From sequence record DRR723986_3008: DNA of 57,188 nt, one strand, 5' to 3'. Each line of letters opens with the position of its first letter. Position 1 is the stretch's first letter. The position numbers and the translations under genes were made by a program. The notes below the pieces were generated by a model. It was given only the letters and a program-made list of their open reading frames with translations, ran no database searches and was not told where the DNA came from. Below are positions 36,254 to 47,539 of this stretch, piece after piece.

Positions 36254-39160
36254 TTACCCTTCGAGCGCCTCATTCACTAATGCTTGTTGTTGTGCCGCGT
36301 GTTTAGAGGCCTGCCCCGTCGCCGTTGATGCACTGGCCGCACGGCCTGCATAGCGCGCGCGGGTTACCGGCATTTTCATGGTTATCAGCAACTCTTCCAG
36401 CGGCTCATTGATCGATGTCCAAGACCCCATGTTTTTAGGTTCTTCCTGACACCAGATAATGCTTTCAACATTTTTAAAACGCTTTAATTCGGTTTGAAGC
36501 GCCCGCGCCGGGAACGGGTATAATTGCTCCACACGCAAAATATATGTGTCGTCCAATCCGCGTGCATCGCGTTCTTCCAATAAGTCGAAGTAGACTTTAC
36601 CTGAACACAGCACGACCTTCTTGATTTTGCCGTCTGCTTTCAGCTTCATTTCCGACACGCCGTTATCCAAATCAGCATCATCCCACAACACACGGTGGAA
36701 CTGCGAGCCTGGGCCAAAGTCTTCCAGCGCAGATACACAGCGCTTGTGACGTAGCAAAGACTTCGGCGCCATAACGATCAAAGGTTTGCGGAATGAGCGG
36801 TGCATTTGCCGCCTCAATACATGAAAATAATTCGCTGGTGTTGTGCAGTTAACAACCTGCCAGTTGTCTTCGGCAGAAAGCTGCAAATACCGCTCTAAAC
36901 GAGCAGACGAATGCTCCGGGCCTTGGCCTTCATAGCCATGCGGCAACAACATCACGAGACCTGACATCCTAAGCCACTTGGCTTCAGCCGAGCAGATGAA
37001 CTGGTCAATAATAATTTGAGCACCGTTGGCAAAGTCACCGAACTGCGCTTCCCATAGCGTAAGGCTATTGGGGTGAGCGGTCGAGAAACCATATTCAAAC
37101 CCTAACACGCCGAACTCTGACAAGTGACTGTCCAGCACTTCAAAATGCTGCTCAGGGTTCACTTCTTTCAGTGGAATATGACGTTCTTCGGTTTTCTGAT
37201 CTACAAACACAGCATGGCGATGACTGAAAGTACCGCGACCACAGTCCTGGCCAGACAGGCGCACATCATGGCCCTCACGTAAAAGCGTACCAAACGCCAA
37301 TGCTTCAGCGGTTGCCCAATCAAAGCCTTTACCGCTTTCGAACATTTTATGTTTGTTATCAAGCACCCGCTTGAGCGTGCGGTGAATGTTAAACTTCTCA
37401 GGGTAGCTGGTTATCTGTTCGCCCACTTCGCGCAACATCAGCTCGCTGACACCTGTATCAGCACGGCGCTTCTCATGGTCTTTGTCGGCAAGGCCCAAGC
37501 CTTCCCATTTGCCTTCAAACCAGTCAGCCTTATTAACCCGGTAATCCTTCGCGGCTTCAAACTCGTCTTCCAGATAGCGAACAAACTCGGATTCCATCTG
37601 GGTAAATTGCTCGTCGGTTAGGACGCCTTCTGCCTTTAATTTATCAGCGTATAATTTTACCACGTCCGGGTGTTTTTTAATAGCTGCATACATTAACGGC
37701 TGCGTGAAAGCAGGCTCATCAGACTCGTTATGGCCAAAGCGTCGGTAACAGAACATATCGATCACCACATCGCGTTTAAATTCCTGACGGAATTCGGTTG
37801 CGATTTTACAAGCAAAAACTACCGCTTCCGGGTCATCACCATTCACATGGAATATGGGCGCCTGCACCATTTTCGCCACGTCAGACGGATAGGGGCTAGA
37901 GCGCGCAAACTGCGGGCTGGTGGTGAAGCCAATCTGATTGTTCACAATGAAATGAATGGTGCCGCCGGTATTATACCCGCGCAGACCAGACATGCCGAAA
38001 CATTCAGAAATAATTCCCTGACCCGCAAATGCCGCATCACCGTGCAGCAAAAGCGACAGCGTATCATTGCGCTTTGTGTCTTCTTTCATTTGCTGCTTGG
38101 CACGCACTTTACCGATCACAACCGGGTTCACTGCTTCAAGGTGCGAAGGGTTAGCATTTAGAGATAAATGCACTTTATTGCCGTCAAACTCCCGGTCGGC
38201 GCTGGTGCCCAGGTGATATTTCACATCACCAGAACCCTGCACATCATCAGGGGTTGAAGCCCCCCCGCGAAATTCATTAAAAATTGCGCGGTACGGTTTC
38301 TGCATAACATTGGCAAGCACGTTCAGACGCCCACGGTGCGGCATGCCCAGAACGATTTCCTGCAGCCCCATTTGACCGCCAGTTTTCATCACCCCCTCAA
38401 GGGCTGGCACCATGGCTTCACCGCCGTCCAGACCAAAACGCTTGGTGCCGGTATATTTTTTGCCGAGAAAACGCTCAAATTGAACCGCTTCAATCAACTT
38501 GTTCAAAATTGCCAGCTTGCCACGGTCTGTAAATTGAATTTCTTTGTCGCGGCCCTCAATTTTACGCTGAATCCAAGACTTTTCGTCCGGATCATTGATA
38601 TGCATAAACTCAACGCCGATATTGGAGCAATAGGTGCGCTGCAAAATGGCGATGATTTCGCGCATAGTGGCGGTATCAAGCCCCAGCACGCCGTCAATAA
38701 AAATAGGTCGGTCCAGGTCGTCAGGGCCAAAGCCATATGAATCCGGTTCCAGTTCCGTATGAACCGGACGATCTTCAAGGCCAAGCGGGTCGAGGTTTGC
38801 CATCAAATGACCCCGCACCCGATACGTGCGCACCATCATCAATGCCCGGATACTGTCTACTGTCGCAGCGCGCACATCTTCCGCGGCCACGCCGCCAGTT
38901 TTCACCGCAGGCGCTTCATGTTCAATGAACATATCCGAGCCATCAAGACCCGATGTCAGATCATCATCCGGGCGTAACGGCCAATCGCTGCGCGCCCAGC
39001 TGGGGCCGCTTACGCGAATACCCGCTTCCAATGTCTGGAAATAGTCTTGCCAGCCTTGATCAACCGACAAGGGGTTTTTGGCATATTGCTCGTATAGCGA
39101 TTCAACAAATTGCGGGCTTACACCCTCTAACGCAGCAATTCGGTCCAGATCAGCACCCAT
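36254..39160 (-). CDS. sucA: 2-oxoglutarate dehydrogenase E1
   Basis: KRFGLDGGE, GDVKYHLG, HGDAAFAGQG, GHNESDEP, WEAQFGDF; start uncertain (ATG 39160 vs GTG 39184/39187). Confidence 0.96.
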   Translation of the reverse strand: MGADLDRIAALEGVSPQFVESLYEQYAKNPLSVDQGWQDYFQTLEAGIRVSGPSWARSDWPLRPDDDLTSGLDGSDMFIEHEAPAVKTGGVAAEDVRAATVDSIRALMMVRTYRVRGHLMANLDPLGLEDRPVHTELEPDSYGFGPDDLDRPIFIDGVLGLDTATMREIIAILQRTYCSNIGVEFMHINDPDEKSWIQRKIEGRDKEIQFTDRGKLAILNKLIEAVQFERFLGKKYTGTKRFGLDGGEAMVPALEGVMKTGGQMGLQEIVLGMPHRGRLNVLANVMQKPYRAIFNEFRGGASTPDDVQGSGDVKYHLGTSADREFDGNKVHLSLNANPSHLEAVNPVVIGKVRAKQQMKEDTKRNDTLSLLLHGDAAFAGQGIISECFGMSGLRGYNTGGTIHFIVNNQIGFTTSPQFARSSPYPSDVAKMVQAPIFHVNGDDPEAVVFACKIATEFRQEFKRDVVIDMFCYRRFGHNESDEPAFTQPLMYAAIKKHPDVVKLYADKLKAEGVLTDEQFTQMESEFVRYLEDEFEAAKDYRVNKADWFEGKWEGLGLADKDHEKRRADTGVSELMLREVGEQITSYPEKFNIHRTLKRVLDNKHKMFESGKGFDWATAEALAFGTLLREGHDVRLSGQDCGRGTFSHRHAVFVDQKTEERHIPLKEVNPEQHFEVLDSHLSEFGVLGFEYGFSTAHPNSLTLWEAQFGDFANGAQIIIDQFICSAEAKWLRMSGLVMLLPHGYEGQGPEHSSARLERYLQLSAEDNWQVVNCTTPANYFHVLRRQMHRSFRKPLIVMAPKSLLRHKRCVSALEDFGPGSQFHRVLWDDADLDNGVSEMKLKADGKIKKVVLCSGKVYFDLLEERDARGLDDTYILRVEQLYPFPARALQTELKRFKNVESIIWCQEEPKNMGSWTSINEPLEELLITMKMPVTRARYAGRAASASTATGQASKHAAQQQALVNEALEG

Positions 39161-39202
39161 GGGCAATCGGCGTGGTGCTTCCACCACGCCCCTCTATATT
39201 AG

Positions 39203-40075
39203 TTATCCAATAGCTTTCAGCAGTGTTGGGCCGAGCGCCGCCGGGCTATCTGACACAACAATACCTGCTGAACGCATCGCTTCAATTTTGTCTTCTGCAC
39301 CGCCTTGGCCGCCAGAAACAATAGCGCCTGCATGGCCCATTGTCCGACCGGGAGGGGCCGTTAGACCCGCAATGAAACCGGCAACCGGCTTCTTCACTTT
39401 GCTTTGCTTCAGAAATTCAGCGGCTTCTTCTTCCGCAGAGCCGCCAATTTCACCGATCATGATGATCGAGTGCGTATCGTCGTCGCCGAGGAACATATCA
39501 AGGCAATCAATGAAGTTGGTGCCGTTAACCGGGTCACCGCCAATACCAATACAGGTGCTTTGGCCAAGGCCGGCCACCGTTGTTTGGTGCACAGCTTCAT
39601 ATGTAAGTGTGCCAGACCGCGATACAATACCAACATTGCCTGGCTTGTGAATATGACCAGGCATAATACCAATTTTGCACGCACCAGGCGTAATCACGCC
39701 CGGGCAGTTTGGACCCACAAGGCGCGTGTTTGAGTTTTTAAGCGCCCGCTTTACCCGCACCATATCCATCACTGGAATACCTTCCGTGATACAAACAACC
39801 AGCTCTATCTCAGCATCTATCGCTTCAAGAATACTATCTGCTGCAAAGGGCGGCGGCACGTAAATCACCGAGGCGTTGGCACCGGTTACATCGCGCGCTT
39901 CACCAACTGTATTGAACACAGGCAAATCAAGATGGTTTTGGCCACCTTTGCCCGGTGTTACACCACCAACCATATTGGTGCCGTATGCAATGGCTTGCTC
40001 AGAGTGGAAGGTGCCTTGCGCGCCTGTGAAACCCTGACAAATAACTTTGGTATCTTTTCCAACAAGTACAGACAT
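39203..40075 (-). CDS. sucD: Succinyl-CoA synthetase alpha subunit
   Basis: QGFTG.QGTFH, GPNCPG, MGHAGA phospho-His motif. Confidence 0.98.
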   Translation of the reverse strand: MSVLVGKDTKVICQGFTGAQGTFHSEQAIAYGTNMVGGVTPGKGGQNHLDLPVFNTVGEARDVTGANASVIYVPPPFAADSILEAIDAEIELVVCITEGIPVMDMVRVKRALKNSNTRLVGPNCPGVITPGACKIGIMPGHIHKPGNVGIVSRSGTLTYEAVHQTTVAGLGQSTCIGIGGDPVNGTNFIDCLDMFLGDDDTHSIIMIGEIGGSAEEEAAEFLKQSKVKKPVAGFIAGLTAPPGRTMGHAGAIVSGGQGGAEDKIEAMRSAGIVVSDSPAALGPTLLKAIG

Positions 40076-41244
40076 TACGCGGCCTCCTTCACGGCCTTAA
40101 CGACTTTCTCAGCCGCATCATTCAGGTCATCGGCAGCAATAATCGGCAAACCACTGTCTGCCATTATTTGCTTGCCAAGTTCAACATTGGTTCCTTCCAG
40201 TCGCACAACCAGCGGCACTGAAAGCGACACTTCGCGAGCTGCGGCAACAACGCCTTCAGCAATGACATCGCAGCGCATGATACCACCGAAGATGTTCACA
40301 AGAATGCCTTCCACATTGTCGTCGGAAAGAATAATCTTAAATGCTTCGGTTACCCGTTCTTTGGTGGCTCCCCCTCCTACATCAAGGAAGTTGGCAGGCT
40401 CGCCGCCCTTTAGCTTGATGATATCCATCGTCGCCATAGCAAGCCCTGCACCGTTCACCATGCAGCCAATCGAACCATCAAGGCTGATATAATTGAGATC
40501 GTATTTAGACGCCTCAATCTCTTTCGGGTCTTCTTCGCTTTCGTCGCGCAGTTCACGCACATCAGGGTGACGGAAAAGCGCATTGCCGTCAAAAGACATC
40601 TTGCTATCAAGCACCACCATCTCATCGTCTTCGGTGAGCACTAGCGGGTTAATCTCAAGCATGGAGGCATCAAGCTCTGTGTAAGCTTTGTATAGCGAAG
40701 CAACCAGTTTCATGCAGGATTTACCGGCAGCGCCAGAAAGGCCGAGGCCAAAGGCTACGCGCCTGCAATGAAATGACTGAAGGCCAGTTGCGGCATCAAT
40801 CGTAACCGTGAAAATTTTCTCAGGCGTGCTTTCGGCAACTTCCTCAATATCCATGCCGCCTTCGGTAGACGCCATGATCGCCAGCTTGCCAGACGCGCGG
40901 TCCAAAAGCATGGAGAGGTAAAATTCTGATTTGATGGCGCAGCCGTCTTCCACATAAACCCGCTTAACCTCTTTGCCCTCAGGACCAGTTTGATGGGTTA
41001 CCAGCGTTTTGCCGATGAGGTCTTTTGCAACCGCTTCAACATCGTCGAGCGATTTAACAACCTTAACGCCGCCCGCTTTACCGCGGCCACCAGCATGAAT
41101 TTGCGCCTTAACAACCCAAACAGGGCCGCCCAATTTTTTTGCTGCATCAACAGCCTCTGCAGCCGTGTAGGCTACACCGCCACCGAGAACCGGAGCGCCG
41201 TATTGTTTCAAAAGGCTTTTTGCCTGATACTCATGGATATTCAT
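40075..41244 (-). CDS. sucC: Succinyl-CoA synthetase beta subunit
   Basis: [45 protein letters not shown]. Confidence 0.98.
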   Translation of the reverse strand: MNIHEYQAKSLLKQYGAPVLGGGVAYTAAEAVDAAKKLGGPVWVVKAQIHAGGRGKAGGVKVVKSLDDVEAVAKDLIGKTLVTHQTGPEGKEVKRVYVEDGCAIKSEFYLSMLLDRASGKLAIMASTEGGMDIEEVAESTPEKIFTVTIDAATGLQSFHCRRVAFGLGLSGAAGKSCMKLVASLYKAYTELDASMLEINPLVLTEDDEMVVLDSKMSFDGNALFRHPDVRELRDESEEDPKEIEASKYDLNYISLDGSIGCMVNGAGLAMATMDIIKLKGGEPANFLDVGGGATKERVTEAFKIILSDDNVEGILVNIFGGIMRCDVIAEGVVAAAREVSLSVPLVVRLEGTNVELGKQIMADSGLPIIAADDLNDAAEKVVKAVKEAA

Positions 41245-41284
41245 ATATCTACCCGTTCTTTCGTCTCTAAAGGGCTCGGATTAT

Positions 41285-42317
<1,033 letters not shown>

Positions 42318-42335
42318 TTAGAATAATGTCGCTGG

Positions 42336-42364
42336 TTCCTAGCGTGTTTAAGTTGCGGAAACAA
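42336..42364 (-). promoter_or_regulatory. Possible sigma70 promoter for mdh
   Basis: Minus strand TTGTTT-17 nt-TAGGAA (CTTG...GCTA pattern typical of alphaproteobacterial housekeeping promoters). Confidence 0.4.
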
Positions 42365-42734
42365 GCGATGAATATGCTCCTGATGACATGCCAGTTAATG
42401 CTCATAATCCTGCATGAGCAACTGGCAAATTTACACCGAAATGTCAGCTTACAGAATTTTCCAATGCCGTAAACGTCAATTTCCCTTATTTGGCCCGTTT
42501 TCTGCCAGCTTCCACTCATATTTTTGGCAAAATTTCTAAAAAATCCCGAAAAAGTTTCGCGTAATCATAACGCAACCGTATCATTCTCACGGTTATCAAC
42601 CCTTACAGTCCTATCCCGATAGAGTTACCAATTCGCTAATGATGAATGTGTCAATCAGTGCCAACCAGCAAGCATCAGCATAAATGCAGAAGCTTTTGAT
42701 CAAAAATATGCTCGGAGTCGTTTATTTTTTGGTC

Positions 42735-43931
42735 TTAGCCTTCAACTTTACCGTGGCCACGGGCGAGGTAGTCCTCAGACTGCATTTCTATCAACCTCGA
42801 AACGGTACGCTCAAATTCAAAACTGCCATCGCCAGAGGGATACAAGTCTGCCGGAGCAACCGCCGCTGAGCACAGGAACTTCACACCGTGCTCATACAGC
42901 GCATCAATGAGAGTAACAAACCGCTTGGCTTCATTGCGCTTGTCGCGCTCCAACTGCGGTATCGCCACCACAATAACCGTATGATAAGCGCGGGCAATTG
43001 CCAGGTAATCTGCCGACCCCAAAGGGTTAGCGCATAGCCGCTTGAAGGAAAACACGGCCACACCGCGAGCGCACTTTGGCACAAACAGTTTCCGCCCCTG
43101 CACTATAAGTTCACCGGTTGGCACCTTGTCTCGGTCTTCAACGTTACGGTCGGTTAGGCGAAAAAAAGCCTCAGACAATTTGGTACTGGTGGCCTCATTC
43201 ACCGGGGTATAATAGGTTTCCACGCCCTTTAAGCGGTCATACCGATAATCGGTTGGGCCATCGAGGGTCAGAATATCAAAAGACTTTTTGATCATATCGA
43301 TAAACGGCAGAAACAATTGCCGGTTCAATCCGTCTTTATATAAATCGTCTGGTGGGCGATTGGTTGTGGCAACAATAATCACACCGCGCTCCAGAAGCTC
43401 TTTGAACAAACGCCCTAAAACCATGGCATCGGCAATATCAGTTACCTGCAATTCATCGAAACACAAAAGGGTGGCCTCAGCCGCAATTTGGCGCGCCACG
43501 GGCGGAATCGGGTTATCTTCCGTGGCATGGCCGCCGAGGGCCGCTCGCTCTTTGCCCGAAAGGCCGCGCCAAACTTTCATCCGGGCATGCACATCAAGCA
43601 TAAATTCATGGAAATGTACCCGGCGCTTGGCTTTCAGGGGCGCCCCCTCAAAAAACATATCCATGAGCATAGACTTGCCCCGCCCAACGCCGCCGTACAT
43701 ATACAGGCCCTTGGGTGCTGAGGCATTGTCACCCACACGCCGAAAAAAATGTGAAAGGCGCCAATTTTTAATCGAAAGCCCTGTGCCGCGGCCAACAATT
43801 TCGGGGTAGCCGACAAGTTCATCATGCAAGCGCTGCAAACGGTCTACGACCTTTGCCTGATCAGGGTCAGGGCGAATTTCGCCGTCTTGTTCCAGCTTGC
43901 TATAAGCGGCAATGGGGCCGGTTGATGACAC
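42735..43931 (-). CDS. zapE: AFG1/ZapE family ATPase
   Basis: KGLYMYGGVGRGKSMLMD Walker A, LCFDELQVTDIADAM, RFVTLIDALY, FERTVSRL.EMQ. Confidence 0.93.
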   Translation of the reverse strand: MSSTGPIAAYSKLEQDGEIRPDPDQAKVVDRLQRLHDELVGYPEIVGRGTGLSIKNWRLSHFFRRVGDNASAPKGLYMYGGVGRGKSMLMDMFFEGAPLKAKRRVHFHEFMLDVHARMKVWRGLSGKERAALGGHATEDNPIPPVARQIAAEATLLCFDELQVTDIADAMVLGRLFKELLERGVIIVATTNRPPDDLYKDGLNRQLFLPFIDMIKKSFDILTLDGPTDYRYDRLKGVETYYTPVNEATSTKLSEAFFRLTDRNVEDRDKVPTGELIVQGRKLFVPKCARGVAVFSFKRLCANPLGSADYLAIARAYHTVIVVAIPQLERDKRNEAKRFVTLIDALYEHGVKFLCSAAVAPADLYPSGDGSFEFERTVSRLIEMQSEDYLARGHGKVEG

Positions 43932-44100
43932 TGCTGCAAAACCTTTTTGGGTACGTGTAATTTGTCCCTAGCACGAGCGCGCCAAAGCGCCAAACGAAAC
44001 TGATCCTGGTTATCATTTAAGAAAAGTCGGCAGCAGAGTCGCAAGTTGGCCTAATAGACCTATCTCTACTTTGTAGTAAGCAAAAATAAGGACAGCTTTC

Positions 44101-44895
44101 ATGAACCAAGCGCGTATTCATGACATCCCCGGCGTGAAAAACTTTCGGGACATGGGCGGCTACCAAAATAATAACGGACAAACCTTGGCCCATGGCCGTT
44201 TGTTCCGTTCTGGCCATTTTGCTGAAGTAGACGACACAGCTGCTGCGCAAATTGCCCACCACAAGATTTCGACCGTGGTTGATTTTCGCTCTGCCCCTGA
44301 GAAAGAGCGCATGCAAGTTATATGGCACGCACCGTGGCAACCAAGATATGTGGAAAGCCCCATAGGCGGCAATGCAGCCGCGTGGATTAAAGACCTGTTC
44401 GAGCGGGTCGCAAACGCCCCCTTCCCGGCAGACGAGCTGCACGCTCAATTTATTATAGCGTTTCAGACAATTCCCATCGCCAATGCAGGCGGCCTTAAAA
44501 AACTGTTTGATGTTTTAATTGATGAAAATGATGGTGGGGCCGCATTGTTTCATTGCACCGCCGGAAAGGACCGAACCGGCATCGCAGGCGCATTGATCAT
44601 GAAAGCCCTTAATATGCCCGAAGAGGCAATTTTTGCTGATTTTCTTTTAACCAACCAAGCCGTTGATTTAAAAGTGCGGGCCGTAGAAGTTGCAACACAG
44701 GTCAGCGAAAAAATAGGCCGCGATGTAAGCCCAGAGGCAGTTTATCCGCTGATCGGTGTAGAGCCAGACTTTCTGCACGCTGCCTTTACCACCATCACCG
44801 ATAAGTTTGGGTCGGTTGATGCTTATCTCTCGAACGCAATGGGCCTTAACAATGACCGGCGCAAAAAGCTGGCTGAACGTTTCTTGGAAAAGTGA
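44101..44895 (+). CDS. Tyrosine-protein phosphatase (PtpB/IphP-like)
   Basis: NFRDMGGY, LFRSG, HCTAGKDRTG P-loop. Confidence 0.92.
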   Translation: MNQARIHDIPGVKNFRDMGGYQNNNGQTLAHGRLFRSGHFAEVDDTAAAQIAHHKISTVVDFRSAPEKERMQVIWHAPWQPRYVESPIGGNAAAWIKDLFERVANAPFPADELHAQFIIAFQTIPIANAGGLKKLFDVLIDENDGGAALFHCTAGKDRTGIAGALIMKALNMPEEAIFADFLLTNQAVDLKVRAVEVATQVSEKIGRDVSPEAVYPLIGVEPDFLHAAFTTITDKFGSVDAYLSNAMGLNNDRRKKLAERFLEK

Positions 44896-44959
44896 CAACA
44901 GGCCTGCTTTCAGATAATACATCAAGGTAGTAACCCTTGATGAAATAGAGGCTGGCCCC

Positions 44960-45733
44960 ATGAAAGTAACGGTTTGTGAATTAAACCCGGGTGACGAAGC
45001 CCGCGATGATGACTTGAAGGCGTTGGCTGCTCATATCGCCCGAGAAAATTCCACCTTTCTGTTACTGCCCGAAATGACCTTTTCCAATTGGTTGGCGGCT
45101 GACAAAACGCCAAACCCCGTTAAGTGGGCTGAAGCCGTGGAAAGCCATAGCCGCTATATTAATGAGCTGTCATCTCTCGGCGCAAAAGCAATTGTGGGCA
45201 CACGGCCCATAACCCGCACCAATGGCAGCCCGCGCAATCAGGCCTATGTTTGGACCAATCAAGCCGGCGCAACCGGTTTTCATGAAAAATATTATCTGCC
45301 TGATGAGCCCGGTTACTGGGAACATAGTTGGTATGACCGCGGCGAAAAACGGTTTGATACCGCCCGCGCCATGGATATGCGCATCGGTGTGCAAATATGC
45401 ACGGAAATGTGGTTTTTCGAGTGGGCACGCCACTATGCCAAAGCCAAGGTTGACCTACTGTGCGTGCCCCGCGCTACCACCCACGGCGGGCTAGATCGCT
45501 GGCTCGCAGGTGGGCGCACCGCAGCCATATGTGCTGGTGCTTATTGCCTGTCCTCAAACCTGTGGCGGCCAAAGGGTGACACGGCAAACTGCGGCGGCAT
45601 GGGCTGGATTATTGACCCGGAGGGGAATGTGCTGGCAACCACTGACCAAAGCAATAAATTTGCTACTGTTGAGATAGACCTGAAGAAAGCCAGTGCTGCC
45701 AAAACCAGTTACCCGCGCTATGTGCGCGAATAA
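44960..45733 (+). CDS. Carbon-nitrogen hydrolase (nitrilase superfamily)
   Basis: Catalytic E-K-C: LLPEM, HEKYYLP, QICTEMWF. Confidence 0.9.
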   Translation: MKVTVCELNPGDEARDDDLKALAAHIARENSTFLLLPEMTFSNWLAADKTPNPVKWAEAVESHSRYINELSSLGAKAIVGTRPITRTNGSPRNQAYVWTNQAGATGFHEKYYLPDEPGYWEHSWYDRGEKRFDTARAMDMRIGVQICTEMWFFEWARHYAKAKVDLLCVPRATTHGGLDRWLAGGRTAAICAGAYCLSSNLWRPKGDTANCGGMGWIIDPEGNVLATTDQSNKFATVEIDLKKASAAKTSYPRYVRE

Positions 45734-45755
45734 ACGCTAACGGGCTCAGAATGAG

Positions 45756-46184
45756 CTAGTTGCTATCCCCGCCAAACATGGCGAAAATCTCTGCGCCCGT
45801 GAAGTTCTCTGTTTTTTCGGCGAAGTTATAATAAGGCGGTTTTTCATCGATAAAAACCTGGCCTTTTAATTCTAAACCACTGTCATCATCGAGAAGGCCT
45901 ACAGCCATCATGGTTTGGCCGCTTTCTTTCAGTCGGTAAAAAAGGTTAGACCCGCATTTGGCGCAAAAGCCGCGCTCGGCCCAGTCAGATGATGAATAAA
46001 GCGCAATATTTTCCGCGCCTTTAAAGCTAACATCTCCACCACAATCCACTTCCATAAACGGCCCACCACCCCATTTTCGGCACATGGCGCAGTGACATGC
46101 GCCCACATGGAGTTCCGCGATTTTGCCCGTGAAAGTCACCGCGCCGCACAAGCATTTGCCGCTTATATCGGTTTTATCTGTCAT
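45756..46184 (-). CDS. GFA / CENP-V family zinc-binding protein
   Basis: GKCLCGAV, CHCAMCRK, RGFCAKCGS; ATG 46184 after AAGGAG. Confidence 0.92.
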   Translation of the reverse strand: MTDKTDISGKCLCGAVTFTGKIAELHVGACHCAMCRKWGGGPFMEVDCGGDVSFKGAENIALYSSSDWAERGFCAKCGSNLFYRLKESGQTMMAVGLLDDDSGLELKGQVFIDEKPPYYNFAEKTENFTGAEIFAMFGGDSN

Positions 46185-46223
46185 AGTGTTTCTCCTTCCG
46201 TCGCTGTTGGGTATAGTTCCCAC

Positions 46224-47003
46224 ATGCAAACAGGTTATCAGCAAAATGGTTATATACTGAAGCGGCAATTTTTCACTGAAAGTGAACTGAACGCTATTGA
46301 GCCAATACTGCGCCGGTTTCACCAAGCATGGCTTGAGACAAATCGCGCACATTATGACCATCAGGTAATAAACAGTGCTTATATTACTCACGCCGATGCA
46401 CTCACGGCACAGGACCGCGACACGCTGTTTGGTTTCATCGCGACGGATAAACTGGTGGATATTGCCCGCGATATAATACCTGCTGGCCCGGCATTCATGA
46501 ATACACAACTGTTTTTTAACCCAAAAAACAGCGACCAGAAAAACTACTGGCACCGCGACATTCAATACCGCCCCGATAGCATTGCCAAACAGAAAAAAAT
46601 GCTGCGGTCAAAAACAATTCTTCATTTTCGAGCACCTCTTGCGGACGAACCGGGTATTGAATTGGTGCCAGGCACCCATCAGCGCTGGGATGATGCGCAA
46701 GAGTTTGAAACCCGCATGAGTGAGAATGGCCGCGTGCCTTCAGATGACCTGCCATTAGGCAAAGCCATTGCGCTCAATCGCGGCGACCTATTGGTGTTTT
46801 CCGCCAATATGATTCATCGCGGGCTATACGGAAGTGACCGGTTTGCTTTCGACATCATATACTCTGACGCCGACCCTGAACTTCTGGAGTTCGTTGACCC
46901 CAAATGCCTGCCTGAACCGGAAATGTTACAAAAAGTGGCGCGATCTGATGTGTTCACTGCAACGCAGCAAGTCTTAAACTTACCCCAAGGCCATACAGAT
47001 TAA
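46224..47003 (+). CDS. PhyH-family Fe(II)/2-oxoglutarate dioxygenase
   Basis: YQQNGY N-terminus, WHRD (HxD), VPGTH, GDLLVF...IHRG. Confidence 0.85.
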   Translation: MQTGYQQNGYILKRQFFTESELNAIEPILRRFHQAWLETNRAHYDHQVINSAYITHADALTAQDRDTLFGFIATDKLVDIARDIIPAGPAFMNTQLFFNPKNSDQKNYWHRDIQYRPDSIAKQKKMLRSKTILHFRAPLADEPGIELVPGTHQRWDDAQEFETRMSENGRVPSDDLPLGKAIALNRGDLLVFSANMIHRGLYGSDRFAFDIIYSDADPELLEFVDPKCLPEPEMLQKVARSDVFTATQQVLNLPQGHTD

Positions 47004-47008
47004 CCGGT

Positions 47009-47470
47009 TTATTTCGGCGCAATGTCAAAGTGGAAAACATTTTCTCGCACGCCCAGCTTTTCATACAAAGCCACCGCGGGGGCATCTATGGGGTCTGCTT
47101 GGACATACATTGTCCAAGCACCACGACTTTTCGCAATTTTGCCCAGCGCTTCAATCAAGGCCGTAGCAATACCTTTGCGGCGATGAGCCCCTGAAACTGC
47201 CAAGTCATAGATGTAGAACTCGCTACGTTCCTGCTCAAACTTCTTAAGCTCGTAGCCTGCAATTGCACCGATTACTTCACCATCTTTTTCCGCGACCAGC
47301 GCAATAAAGCTATCGGAATTCAAGAGGCTTTCAATGTAATGATCGCCCGGCTGGTTGCCAGAATAGGTTTCAACATCTTCAAATTCGCGCCCCAACAGGT
47401 CAAGCATTTGGCGGAACCTTTCATGGTCAGCTGGCTTGAGCGTATAAAGCTGAATACTGCGGTCAATCAT
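47009..47470 (-). CDS. aac(3)-I: AAC(3)-I family aminoglycoside 3-N-acetyltransferase (GNAT)
   Basis: GREFED..TY, KFEQERSEFYIYDLAVSGAHRRKGIATALI, YVQAD..D.PAVALYEKLG.RE.V.HFDI, matching AAC(3)-Ia motifs from memory. Confidence 0.85.
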   Translation of the reverse strand: MIDRSIQLYTLKPADHERFRQMLDLLGREFEDVETYSGNQPGDHYIESLLNSDSFIALVAEKDGEVIGAIAGYELKKFEQERSEFYIYDLAVSGAHRRKGIATALIEALGKIAKSRGAWTMYVQADPIDAPAVALYEKLGVRENVFHFDIAPK

Positions 47471-47486
47471 GACTTAGCTTCCCAAT

Positions 47487-47511
47487 AAAAAAGCGGGCCA
47501 AATAGCCCGCT
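47487..47511 (-). terminator. Intrinsic terminator of the sdh operon
   Basis: Minus strand GCGGGC-TATTTG-GCCCGC-TTTTTT. Confidence 0.85.
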
Positions 47512-47539
47512 CTCATAATATTCAAAAGCCTTATAAAAT

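Noticed and set aside
45756-46565. Long overlapping 269-aa and 303-aa ORFs suggesting a bidirectional gene overlap
   Set aside because: Domain boundaries and the RBS place the real starts at 46184 (GFA) and 46224 (PhyH), so the genes do not overlap.
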